A stretch of DNA of 39,069 nucleotides, from positions 1-39,069 of the IMG/VR virus record IMGVR_UViG_3300006169_000162; one strand, written 5' to 3'. The DNA is from a virus (taxonomy: Duplodnaviria > Caudoviricetes). Positions within the stretch are counted from its first letter, which is position 1; each line of letters opens with the position of its first letter. Of the stretch, positions 8,219 to 16,396 are shown piece by piece. The position numbers and the translations under genes were made by a program. The notes beneath the pieces were generated by a model. That model worked only from the letters and a program-made list of their open reading frames with translations. It was not told the origin of the DNA and searched no databases.

Positions 8219-8736
8219 CAGACAGCCTCCCCGCACGCCGAGCAGAGCTCGGGATCTTCGGTCCAGGCGCACGGCCCGGACGCCGTCTCGCAGGCATCAT
8301 GCCAACTGCAGGCGCAAGAGCGGCAGACTTGAGGTTGCGGCAGGCCGGAGCCCGGGCCGGCGAAATGAAGCTCGAGCAGCTGGAAATAGATCTCCACGTC
8401 GAAAGCGAAGATGTTGCGCAGCTGGTCGGCTTCGGGCCGGCTGAATGGCATGTCGTCGCGCTCGGCCGCGGCCAACCGAGCGGCGCAGCGGGCGCGCTCC
8501 TGCGCGGAGCGTCGGCCGACCGACCAGGGCATGGCGGCCATCGATGCGCCGGCCTGCAGCTGACCGAGGCGCGCGGCCTCGCGGCGCTTGCGCAGGTAGG
8601 TGCCGGGTGAAAGCGGCGCGAAAGTCGGCGCGGGCGGCACGGACGGGAGCGGCCCGGCATCGGCGAGCGGCAGCTCGCGTTCGGGCGTGGCGAAGACCAG
8701 CGGTCCAAACCCTCCCTCGAATTGGCAATCGGTCAT
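8218..8736 (-). CDS. XRE-like HTH protein with Cys-rich C-terminal zinc-binding domain
   Basis: PGTYLRKRREAARL HTH-like start; CRSCAC..HDAC....PCAW....LCSAC. Confidence 0.75.
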   Translation of the reverse strand: MTDCQFEGGFGPLVFATPERELPLADAGPLPSVPPAPTFAPLSPGTYLRKRREAARLGQLQAGASMAAMPWSVGRRSAQERARCAARLAAAERDDMPFSRPEADQLRNIFAFDVEIYFQLLELHFAGPGSGLPQPQVCRSCACSWHDACETASGPCAWTEDPELCSACGEAV

Positions 8737-8828
8737 GGCGCGTTTCCTCAGACAGCAGAAAGGCGTTCCCGGCCGCGCGGTTCGCGGCGGGTGACGGTTT
8801 GAAATGGCGAGCCAGTAGCTCGGGCGGC

Positions 8829-9236
8829 TTAGGCGCCGACGGGCACGGCCTCCGAAAGGCCGTCGTCATCGTTGGCGGCAGTCCTCGGCGGCACCTCCCG
8901 GCCGCCTGTGTTGTCGTTGACGGGGTTGTCGTTGGCAGAATCGTCGTAAGCGGGCGCCGGAGCGGACCCCGGGTTGTCGTTCACCGGCCGGCGCGGGGCG
9001 CTCTGTCGCAGGTGAACCTCGGGGTCGGGGCGCGCGCTCGGCGAGATCGTGTGGGTGATCGTGATGTCGGCGCCGAACACGTGGCCGCAATCGTCGTTCG
9101 TGCAGCGCAGGTAGAGCTGGCGGACCAGGGCGGTCACATGCTTGCTGCTGCGGACCCGCGCCGCGCTCTTGCAGTGCGGACAGCCGACCGCGTTCAGATA
9201 GGGCGGGCGGGCGCTGGCTTGGGCGGCAACGGCCAT
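8829..9236 (-). CDS. ogr: Ogr/Delta-family zinc-finger late transcription activator, 135 aa
   Basis: CPHC..AARVRSS....LVRQLYLRCTNDDCGHVF......HTISPSARPDP; start ATG 9236. Confidence 0.92.
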   Translation of the reverse strand: MAVAAQASARPPYLNAVGCPHCKSAARVRSSKHVTALVRQLYLRCTNDDCGHVFGADITITHTISPSARPDPEVHLRQSAPRRPVNDNPGSAPAPAYDDSANDNPVNDNTGGREVPPRTAANDDDGLSEAVPVGA

Positions 9237-9718
9237 CAGGCGGGCTCCTCGGTTAGCTGCTTTTCGGCCGCGCGGCGTTGGCGGATGGCGGCAAGGGCGA
9301 CCGTCTTGGCCGCGATCGATTCCTCGAGCTCGCGTTCGGCCGAGGCGTAATCGGCGTCGTTGGCATCGGGCCTGGCCGCCCTGATCGCCGCCGCGACGGC
9401 TTCGCCGCTTTCCTTGGCGGCGATCTCGGTCGCCGCGGCGATCGCCTCGGCCGAGCCGAGCGTGTTGGCCAGCGCCGTCTTGAGGCGCGTGGCGTAGACT
9501 TCGAGGAAGGGTGCGCCCGCGCCGCCCGCCTGCTGGTACTCGATGTCGAGCTGTTCCATCGCGCCGGCGCGGATCTCGGCGCTGGTGTCGGGGTCCGACC
9601 AGTTGCGGACCGTGCGCTCGGCGAACCCGAGGATTTCGGCCGTTCGCGGCCACCCGATCAGCCCGGCGACCTTGGTCAACGCGAGCTCGTAGGTCAGGGG
9701 CGCGCGCCGCTTCGTCAT
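9236..9718 (-). CDS. Phage regulatory protein, CII-like (N-terminal HTH)
   Basis: GWPRTAEILGFAERTVRNWSDPD HTH; position downstream of cro. Confidence 0.7.
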   Translation of the reverse strand: MTKRRAPLTYELALTKVAGLIGWPRTAEILGFAERTVRNWSDPDTSAEIRAGAMEQLDIEYQQAGGAGAPFLEVYATRLKTALANTLGSAEAIAAATEIAAKESGEAVAAAIRAARPDANDADYASAERELEESIAAKTVALAAIRQRRAAEKQLTEEPA

Positions 9719-9933
9719 CCCCGATCGTCCTGCCGATCGAGATAGCCGGCGACCGATTGGCGCAGCTCACCGAGCGCTGCCTCGGGTGTTTGACCGTGTG
9801 CGGAAGGTGCCGGCAGGCCGGGTAGGCTGGCGATCCACAACTGGTCGTCACGCGACCATTCGACCCGTATCCCACGCGTCGGCAAGCCGTCACGAAGCGG
9901 GATGTCGATCGTGATGGAGCGGCCGTCGGTCAT
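9715..9933 (-). CDS. Stand-alone HicB-like antitoxin N-terminal domain, 72 aa
   Basis: IRVEWSRDDQLWIASLPGLPAPSAHGQTPEAALGELRQSV matches the HicB pattern; ATGA-coupled to cro. Confidence 0.75.
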   Translation of the reverse strand: MTDGRSITIDIPLRDGLPTRGIRVEWSRDDQLWIASLPGLPAPSAHGQTPEAALGELRQSVAGYLDRQDDRG

Positions 9934-10346
9934 GCCAGCGCCTGACCGACGCCGGCGCGCGCCGGTTGCAAAACGGCGCTCCGATCGCACGAGGCAGGAT
10001 GCGCCCGGGAGGGTAGGCGTGCGCCATGTGCGACCGGAGCGCCTGTACCCGCCGCGGCCAGGGACGGAGGCTGATCGTCGCCTGGCCGCGACGCGGCGGG
10101 GGGCTCGGGGGGATAGAGGTCGGGGCGGAGTTCGTTGCGGTCGCCAAGGCCAGCGCCGACGACCTTCTCGAGATGATGCGCGGGCAGAAGGCTCCGATTG
10201 CATATCAGTCTCGAGACGTTCTGCTGCGTCGTCCCTATGATGTCGGCAAAGCGACCTTGGCTGCCCGCGAGAACCACCGCTCGACGGAACGCGGCGATGG
10301 CTCTCTCATAGAGATGGGTTGGCAACATGAACGAGGAATCGGCCAT
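9930..10346 (-). CDS. Cro/YdaS-like HTH regulator
   Basis: AVVLAGSQGRFADIIGTTQQNVSRL HTH and ELRPDLY motif; divergent from repressor. Confidence 0.85.
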   Translation of the reverse strand: MADSSFMLPTHLYERAIAAFRRAVVLAGSQGRFADIIGTTQQNVSRLICNRSLLPAHHLEKVVGAGLGDRNELRPDLYPPEPPAASRPGDDQPPSLAAAGTGAPVAHGARLPSRAHPASCDRSAVLQPARAGVGQALA

Positions 10347-10353
10347 TTCGGCT

Positions 10354-10421
10354 GGCTACAACTCATAACAACGATTCGCAACCCTCTAGTTGTAGCCCCG
10401 GCTACAACTTCGGTGTTGTAG
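10354..10421. promoter_or_regulatory. Immunity operator region: four CTACAAC half-sites
   Basis: GGCTACAACT 10354-10363; AGTTGTAGCC-CC-GGCTACAACT 10388-10409; CTACAAC-N6-GTTGTAG 10402-10421; located between divergent cro and repressor. Confidence 0.8.
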
Positions 10422-10432
10422 ACGTTTGTGTC

Positions 10433-10942
10433 ATGGCGGGCGGGATGGCGAGCGTCGACTTCAACGCGCAATGGCTGCGCGACATGCGCGCTCGCTTGGG
10501 GTGGTCGACGACGGAGACCGCAGAACGCGCGCGAGAAAAGGCGCGCCAGTACGGCGATGCGATCAAGCTCTCGCAGCAACTGGTCTCGAAGTTCGAGAAC
10601 GGCCGGATCAAGAGCATCCCGCGCTGGCTCGGCTACGTCCAGATCGCCATGTCGCACTACATGGCCCAGAACGAGCTGGACGCGGGGCGAGTATGGGATT
10701 TGCGACTTCCTCGTGAAATGAAGGAATATTTTGAGGACCGGCAGGTATGGCTCAATCGTCAACCGGACGACGATTTTGACGAGAGGGCCGAATTGCTGAC
10801 GAAGGACGAGGAGCTCTTACTTTACAGCTTTCGAAGACTGCCAGACCGAAGCAGGGCAATGTTGCTGGAGTTTCTCGACAGTCTAATCAACGGCGGCAGT
10901 GTGCATTCGCCGCGGCTTGCCTTCCGTGCGGAGGAATCATGA
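10433..10942 (+). CDS. XRE-family phage repressor (CI-like), no S24 peptidase domain
   Basis: WLRDMRARLGWSTTETA...LSQQLVSKFENG HTH; alternative start at 10446. Confidence 0.85.
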   Translation: MAGGMASVDFNAQWLRDMRARLGWSTTETAERAREKARQYGDAIKLSQQLVSKFENGRIKSIPRWLGYVQIAMSHYMAQNELDAGRVWDLRLPREMKEYFEDRQVWLNRQPDDDFDERAELLTKDEELLLYSFRRLPDRSRAMLLEFLDSLINGGSVHSPRLAFRAEES

Positions 10943-11445
10943 AGCGGGTGTGTGCCTGGGTGGGATTAGGGTTGGTCGGAGCATGCGCCGAGCCTGCGAC
11001 CTTCGAGGAGCTCGATCCGGCGATCAAGGAGGCCTCGGCCGCCGGAACAAACCTAAACGTGGTCGCGCAGATCGGCCTGGTGACCGACGGCACTCTGGGC
11101 ATGACGCAAGTGGGCGACTTGGTCGGAACGATCGCCGGCGGTGTCCAATCGAACTTGCCGGGTCCGACGGCGGAAACTCAGCATCTTCAGCTCCAGCTCC
11201 ATTTCGATTCGACCGATCGGCTTGGCAACGAAGGCTTCGTCGATTTTGGCACGATCCGCTTTCCAATGAGCGAGCTTCGCTCCGCCAAGCTTGAGAACCT
11301 CGCCGGCACCGAGCTGCTCGAGCTCGCAGACTCCGTCTCGCCGTCCGAGGCGAGCGACATCGCGATCAACTACTGCAGCGACCCGCAGAATTTTCAGATC
11401 AACCCGCGATGGTGCGCGACGGTGGCGGAGGGCTTCGGCCTCTGA
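10939..11445 (+). CDS. Lipoprotein, lysogen-expressed cargo (superinfection exclusion candidate)
   Basis: MKR-hydrophobic-LVGAC lipobox; ATGA-coupled to repressor. Confidence 0.8.
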   Translation: MKRVCAWVGLGLVGACAEPATFEELDPAIKEASAAGTNLNVVAQIGLVTDGTLGMTQVGDLVGTIAGGVQSNLPGPTAETQHLQLQLHFDSTDRLGNEGFVDFGTIRFPMSELRSAKLENLAGTELLELADSVSPSEASDIAINYCSDPQNFQINPRWCATVAEGFGL

Positions 11446-11446
11446 G

Positions 11447-11674
11447 ATGGATAACATCATGCCCGACGACCGACTTTCCCACGTGATCGAGACGCTGCGC
11501 CGAGCGAGCGACCCTGCGTTGCTTGCCGAGCTGAAGGCACAAAACCACGAGATGCTGCCGGCCGCTCGAGAACGGGTTGCGGCGCAGATAGCCGACGCGG
11601 AGGCGAGTGGAGACGCCGAACGCGCCGACGCGCTGCGCAAGTTGAAGGCACAGCTCGACAATTTCGAGCTTTGA
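11447..11674 (+). CDS. Small helical hypothetical protein, 75 aa
   Basis: ATG 2 nt after lipoprotein stop (MDNIMPDD...). Confidence 0.65.
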   Translation: MDNIMPDDRLSHVIETLRRASDPALLAELKAQNHEMLPAARERVAAQIADAEASGDAERADALRKLKAQLDNFEL

Positions 11675-11721
11675 ACTCGGCTTGGTCGTCACGCTGACGG
11701 CCGAGCGGCAGGAGAACATCA

Positions 11722-11961
11722 ATGGCAGACGATCTCGAAGTTATCCTGGACCGATGGCTCGATGAGAACGTGCACAACGTTCCGGGTCTGTCGGACGCCG
11801 AGCAGCTCGACGCGGAAATCGACCGACTGAGAGCCAAGCTAAAGCGCGATCTCGATGCACACTTCACCGCGATCGACGCCACTTACGAGCTCGACGACGT
11901 CCTTCAGGCCAAGCTGGAATCGGTGCTCGATCCCGAGCTCGGCTTCCGCGACTTCGACTAA
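11722..11961 (+). CDS. Small acidic hypothetical protein
   Basis: AGGAG RBS; about 22 D/E versus 8 K/R in 79 aa. Confidence 0.8.
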   Translation: MADDLEVILDRWLDENVHNVPGLSDAEQLDAEIDRLRAKLKRDLDAHFTAIDATYELDDVLQAKLESVLDPELGFRDFD

Positions 11962-13025
11962 CCCCCAGCCTCGAGCTTCAGCTTCGTCATCAGCCCGCCG
12001 TCGCTGGTCAGCGTGTGCTCGGCTTCGGCGACGAGCCAGGACCGGGCGTCGATCTCGGGCTTGAAGCCGCTCACGCCCATCGGCCTTTCGGGAAACAGGT
12101 CCGGCCGGCCGAGCGCGAGCTCGATCTCGAATTCGGCCTGCGCGCGGTCCATCTTTTTCGCGGCGCCTTCGGCCGCGCGCTTCGCCGCACCCTCGCTGGC
12201 ATAGATCCGCTTTAGGCGTTTGGCCGGCTTCCCCGATGCGCCTGACCCGCCGATCGTCACCGTCTTGCGCGCGGCCTCGTCCTTGTCATGCCAGCGGGCT
12301 TCGACCCCGCCGAACTGTCCGCGTTCCCCGCGCCGATAGCTGTAGTGGTCACCGCTGCGGCGAGTAATCGCCCCGGCCGGGATCGCCGTTCCCGACACCG
12401 CGCGCGCGGCGCCGATCGGCGCGAACAGCAGCGTGCCGTTCTTGACCGTCGCGGCCGCGTCGTAATGCCGGCCGAGCATGCGCAGCAGCGCGCCATCGCT
12501 CATTTCGTCCTGGTCGAGCACCGGGACCTCGATCGACGCGAGGGACGAATCGACGCCGGCCGTCAGGCCCTGGCCCGTGGCGATCTCGCGCACGATCGCG
12601 CCGAGCGTCCGTCCGACGTGCGGCTTCTCGCGCCGGCGGTCGAAGCTGGCGGCGAAGTCGGCCGATCGCGCGCGGATCGTCACGACGTCGGGCGGTCCCT
12701 CCCAGCAGGCCTCGTCGACCTTGAAGCGCCCCTTGTCGACCAGGCCCGGCGTCACGTCGGGGCCGTCATGCCAGCCAAGCTGCAGAGCGAGCACGGCGCC
12801 GGGCTGCGGTATGTCGAGCTTGCCGTCATGGTCGGACAGCACGAGCTCGAGGCAGTCGGCCTCGCCTCCGCGTTTCTCGCTCAGGGTCAGCGAGACGAGC
12901 CGCGGCGAGATCTTCTCGAGGAATTGCTTGCGCAGCGCTTCGGCGAAGGTGTTGGCGGAGCCGGGCCCGAGATCCTTGCCCTCGAGCGACAGGCGATAGT
13001 CTGCGCGGTTCTGACGGGCGGGCAC
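11958..13025 (-). CDS. gpD: Phage late control/baseplate hub protein, P2 gpD family
   Basis: ISPRLVSLTLSEKRGGEAD, LVDKGRFKVDE, GPPDVVTIRARSADF, LALGRPDLFPE. Confidence 0.93.
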   Translation of the reverse strand: MPARQNRADYRLSLEGKDLGPGSANTFAEALRKQFLEKISPRLVSLTLSEKRGGEADCLELVLSDHDGKLDIPQPGAVLALQLGWHDGPDVTPGLVDKGRFKVDEACWEGPPDVVTIRARSADFAASFDRRREKPHVGRTLGAIVREIATGQGLTAGVDSSLASIEVPVLDQDEMSDGALLRMLGRHYDAAATVKNGTLLFAPIGAARAVSGTAIPAGAITRRSGDHYSYRRGERGQFGGVEARWHDKDEAARKTVTIGGSGASGKPAKRLKRIYASEGAAKRAAEGAAKKMDRAQAEFEIELALGRPDLFPERPMGVSGFKPEIDARSWLVAEAEHTLTSDGGLMTKLKLEAGG

Positions 13026-13030
13026 TTCGT

Positions 13031-13058
13031 CGCCCTATCGCTTCGCTACTTGAGGGCG
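13031..13058 (-). repeat. Bulged-hairpin repeat copy A
   Basis: CGCCCT-CAA-GTA-GC-GAA-GC-GAT-AGGGCG. Confidence 0.85.
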
Positions 13059-13283
13059 GGGCAATTCACCTGCGCACGCGACGACGTGCAGCGCCAGCTG
13101 GTCGCGCAGGCCGGCCAGCGTATCGTCTTCGAAATGCGCACCGCAGCTACATCCGCCCGAGACGTAAAGGCGCTTCACCATCACGCCAGTGTCGCGGCCG
13201 TAGAACCGACCGCTTCCGCGCTGGTGCGGCGGTTCCGAGCTGCCCATGTCGGCCGCCTTGGGTTGGTATCCACGGTGGGTCAT
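13035..13283 (-). CDS. Small putative zinc-binding protein inserted between U and D, 82 aa
   Basis: ATGA-coupled to gpU; CSCG...LALHVVAC. Confidence 0.55.
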   Translation of the reverse strand: MTHRGYQPKAADMGSSEPPHQRGSGRFYGRDTGVMVKRLYVSGGCSCGAHFEDDTLAGLRDQLALHVVACAGELPRPQVAKR

Positions 13284-13654
13284 GCCACTCTCCTCAGCTC
13301 GATCGTGAAGTCGGCCCGGCGCGGTTGCCCGGTGTCGATGAACAGCGATTGCGCCTCGTCGATCGATTCGATGACGAAGTCGCCGTGCACCAGTCCCTGC
13401 GCGTCGACCAGCGGATGGGCCTCGCCGTCGTCGCCCATCGTGCGGAGCGTGCGCAATGCCGAATGGCGGCCGGCGAGGCCGGGCAGGATGACGCCGGCAA
13501 GCGTGATCTTGTCGCTCCCCGGGCCGAGGTACTGGCTTGCCGGCCGCGCGCCGACGCGCGGGCTTTCGGCGTGCCGCCAGTCGGTCCGGCGGCGGAGCTC
13601 GAGATAGGGCGCGCTGCCGATCTCGAACGCAAACTGGCCGAGTGCCATCAGCAT
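13280..13654 (-). CDS. gpU: Tail protein, P2 gpU family
   Basis: MLMALGQFAF...RVGARPASQYLGPGSDKITLAG. Confidence 0.95.
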   Translation of the reverse strand: MLMALGQFAFEIGSAPYLELRRRTDWRHAESPRVGARPASQYLGPGSDKITLAGVILPGLAGRHSALRTLRTMGDDGEAHPLVDAQGLVHGDFVIESIDEAQSLFIDTGQPRRADFTIELRRVA

Positions 13655-15819
13655 CAGTCGTCTCCGAAGCCCGAGCCGCGACGCTTGCGCTCCTCGTCCT
13701 CAAGCAGCTTCTTGACCCGCTGGGCCAGGTCTTCGCCGCTCTCGCCGGGCTGCTGGTAGATCTGGATCGTGATCGGCGCCGCGGACGACGCACCTTGCGC
13801 CGCGCCGGCACCGCCGCCGCCCGACGCCGCGAGCGGTGCGCCGGTCGACAGGGCGGCCGCGCCGGCAACGCCGGCCGCGAGACGGCGAGCACTGGCGAAT
13901 GCCTGGCTTTGCTTGCGGTCGATGCCGAGCGCGAGGCCGCCGGCCACGTGGCCGCCCATCGCCATGAAAACCCGCGACGGCGATTTGATGCCGAGGTAAC
14001 TCTTGAAAGCGGCGATGCCGCCCTTCGCCATGGCGATCAGCTTCGTGGCCAGGAACGCCGGGTTGAAGGCCATCAGCAGCCCGGTCATCATCGTCTTGCC
14101 GAGCGTCTTCATCCAGTCGGGCAGGCCGGACATGAAGCCTTTCACCTTGGCCACGCCGGCATGAAAGGCCGCGGTGATCGTGTCCCAGTTGGCGTAGATC
14201 GCGTAGGCGAGCAGGCCCACGACCGTCAGGATCAACCCGATCGGGCCGAGGAGGAAGCGGAAGGCGAGGCCGAGGACCCGCACCGCCGCCGCCGCCTTCG
14301 GGAACACGGCCGCCACGGAACCGAGCAGCTTGTACTGCTGCCACAGCTTGTAGCCCGTCGCCATCGGGCCCAGCAGCCCGCCGAACGCCATCTGCAAGCC
14401 GCCGATCGCGATCTTGCCGACGGCCATCGCCGCGAACAGCTTGAGCAGCATGCCCGCGGCGGCCGGGTGCTCGCGCGCCCATCCCGCGACGGCGTTCGCG
14501 GCGGTTGTCAGGTAGGTGGTCGCCTGGCGCAGAAACGGCAGCAGCACCGGCGCGACGCTCAGCGCCAGATTCGCCATCGCGCCGCCGAGCTCGCGCAGCT
14601 GGACGGTCTGGTCGTTGGCGACGCGCTGGTCGAATGCCCGCAGCGTCACCCCGTCGGCACCGGCGATCTCGCCGCGCATCTTCACGAAGTCCTCGTAGTC
14701 GAGCATCAGCTGACGCATCGCCTGCTGCGCTTGCATGTCGGGGAACAGCTCGCCGATCCGCATCTTGTCGCCGGCGGTGGCCTTCCTGGTAAGGGCGATC
14801 ATGGTTTCGAGCGGGGAGACGCCTTGCTCGATCCCATTCTTGATCGCGGCGAAGGCGTCGATCCCCTTCTTCTCGAATTGCTTCAGCGTCGTCGTCGCCG
14901 TCAGCTTGGCGAGCAGGTTCTGCATGTTCGTGGCCGCCTCGTCGGACGAGCCGGTGCCCCGGCGGACCACCTCGAGCGCGGCGACCAACTCGGCACCGGC
15001 CTTCTCGCCGGACTGGCCCATGGCCTTAAGCTGGGCGGTCAGCCCGGGGAAGGCGCGAGCCATGTCGCGCGCCTCGAACGCGCCCTGGTTGCCGCCGGCG
15101 GCCATCATGTCGAGCAGCTTGGTCGTGCGCGCGAGCGGGATCTCGAGGCTTTTCATCCCGGCATAGACCGATGCGGCCGCGTCGGTCCCCTCCACCTTGA
15201 ACGCGGTCATGAACTTGCCCATGGGCGCGGCCGCCTTGACCGCCTCCTCGGGGGTCAGGCCCAGGCCGGCCAACGTGTCGACAGCGGCCGCCATCTGGTC
15301 GGGCAACTGCTTGCTTGCCCGCGCCGCGGCGAGGATGTTGTTGCGAAGGCGGGCCGCGGCTTCGTCGCTCAGCTCGGCCTTCTGCTGGATGTCGACCATC
15401 GTGCTCGAGAAGTCGGCCCCGGCCTTGCCGGCGAGCAGGAGCGGCGCAAGCATGGCCGCGCCCTGGGTCACATTGGCGCGCCCGCGGCCGACGAGCTCCT
15501 GCCCGCGGGCGCGTATCGCGGCGGCGCGATCGTCGATCTTGTTGAGCGCGGCCTGGCGCTTCAGCGCCGCGTTGGCCTTCTCGACCGCGCGCTCAAGGTC
15601 GCGCTCGCGGTTGGCCAGTTCGGTTACGTTGCCGGAGGCGTCCTTCAGCTCGCGGCGGACGCCGGCGAGCTCGCGCTCGAGCGCCCGGCCATCGCGGGCC
15701 ATGTCGCGCAGCGCGCGGCTGCCGCTCTTGCCGAGGCCGACGAGGTTCTTCAGCCCGCCCTGGAGCTGATCGAGGCCCTTCTCGGCAAAATTGACGACGA
15801 GATTGAGGCGGTTATCCAA
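13654..15819 (-). CDS. gpT: Tail tape measure protein
   Basis: Ala-rich helical 721 aa, GNQGAFEARDMA, LGIKSPSRVF motif; between E and U. Confidence 0.93.
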   Translation of the reverse strand: MDNRLNLVVNFAEKGLDQLQGGLKNLVGLGKSGSRALRDMARDGRALERELAGVRRELKDASGNVTELANRERDLERAVEKANAALKRQAALNKIDDRAAAIRARGQELVGRGRANVTQGAAMLAPLLLAGKAGADFSSTMVDIQQKAELSDEAAARLRNNILAAARASKQLPDQMAAAVDTLAGLGLTPEEAVKAAAPMGKFMTAFKVEGTDAAASVYAGMKSLEIPLARTTKLLDMMAAGGNQGAFEARDMARAFPGLTAQLKAMGQSGEKAGAELVAALEVVRRGTGSSDEAATNMQNLLAKLTATTTLKQFEKKGIDAFAAIKNGIEQGVSPLETMIALTRKATAGDKMRIGELFPDMQAQQAMRQLMLDYEDFVKMRGEIAGADGVTLRAFDQRVANDQTVQLRELGGAMANLALSVAPVLLPFLRQATTYLTTAANAVAGWAREHPAAAGMLLKLFAAMAVGKIAIGGLQMAFGGLLGPMATGYKLWQQYKLLGSVAAVFPKAAAAVRVLGLAFRFLLGPIGLILTVVGLLAYAIYANWDTITAAFHAGVAKVKGFMSGLPDWMKTLGKTMMTGLLMAFNPAFLATKLIAMAKGGIAAFKSYLGIKSPSRVFMAMGGHVAGGLALGIDRKQSQAFASARRLAAGVAGAAALSTGAPLAASGGGGAGAAQGASSAAPITIQIYQQPGESGEDLAQRVKKLLEDEERKRRGSGFGDD

Positions 15820-15837
15820 CGCTCTTCACTCCCGTCC

Positions 15838-16032
15838 TCATTGCTTCGCCGCGTGCATCCGGTTCCATCGATCGACTGCGCGGCGGTGCCACGCCATCAG
15901 TTCATCCAGGCCCAGCGCGTCGAGCTCGGCGAGCGACCAGTGGAAGACCGCGGCGATGTCCGCCTGCCGGTCTTCGATCGTCAGCCCGTCAGCTTCTCGA
16001 TCGCCAACTTCTGCGCCGGGCTCATAAAAAAA
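15838..16032 (-). CDS. gpE': gpE' extension reached by -1 ribosomal frameshift (tail chaperone E+E')
   Basis: Slippery GGTTTTTTTATG (T7 at 16026-16032); -1 frame reads ...QADIAAVFHWSLAELDALGLDELMAWHRRA...*. Confidence 0.85.
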   Translation of the reverse strand, partial: FFYEPGAEVGDREADGLTIEDRQADIAAVFHWSLAELDALGLDELMAWHRRAVDRWNRMHAAKQ

Positions 16033-16301
16033 CCGAAGATCGTCCCGCCGATCTCGGCCACGTCGTCCGCCTCGAGCTCGCTGACTTCGAGCTCGGTCAG
16101 CGCCGGGTCGGAGATCCGCGGCACGAGTCGGATCAGCGAGGTCACGTCGGACTGCAGCACGTCCTGCAGGCTGAGGCCGCGCAGATCGCCCGCCTTCGGC
16201 TTGCGCAGCGTCAGCTGGGCGACTTCGGTGTCATCGCGAGCGATCGGCGTGCCGAGTTTGACCGTCGCGGTCACCGGCGTCTTCGTGGTCATTTCGGTCA
16301 T
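15981..16301 (-). CDS. gpE: Tail assembly chaperone, P2 gpE family
   Basis: VKLGTPIAR...LTLRKPKAGDLRGLSL...LVPRISDPALT; start ATG 16301. Confidence 0.92.
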   Translation of the reverse strand: MTEMTTKTPVTATVKLGTPIARDDTEVAQLTLRKPKAGDLRGLSLQDVLQSDVTSLIRLVPRISDPALTELEVSELEADDVAEIGGTIFGFFMSPAQKLAIEKLTG

Positions 16302-16323
16302 GGCAATCCTGTTCCTTCTTGTT

Positions 16324-16392
16324 GCGCTACCGCCTTCGGCTACTTGAGCGCCGGAACACTCCCCGCGCTCAAGTAGCCGAAGGCGGTAGCGC
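16324..16392. repeat. Inverted pair of bulged-hairpin repeats (copies B and C)
   Basis: 28-bp GCGCTCAAGTAGCCGAAGGCGGTAGCGC at 16365-16392 (+) and its perfect reverse complement at 16324-16351; 13-bp spacer. Confidence 0.92.
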
Positions 16393-16396
16393 CGAA

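Noticed and set aside
9237-9893. 354-aa ORF as a long Ogr fusion
   Set aside because: Upstream part is an Arg-rich alternative frame of the CII-like and HicB genes; Ogr starts at the coupled ATG 9236
13537-16347. 936-aa plus-strand ORF (also 172-1464, 17422-19107, 26557-28146, 28756-30828 and minus-strand 32002-33909)
   Set aside because: Antisense shadow ORFs of clear phage genes, expected in high-GC DNA; no motifs
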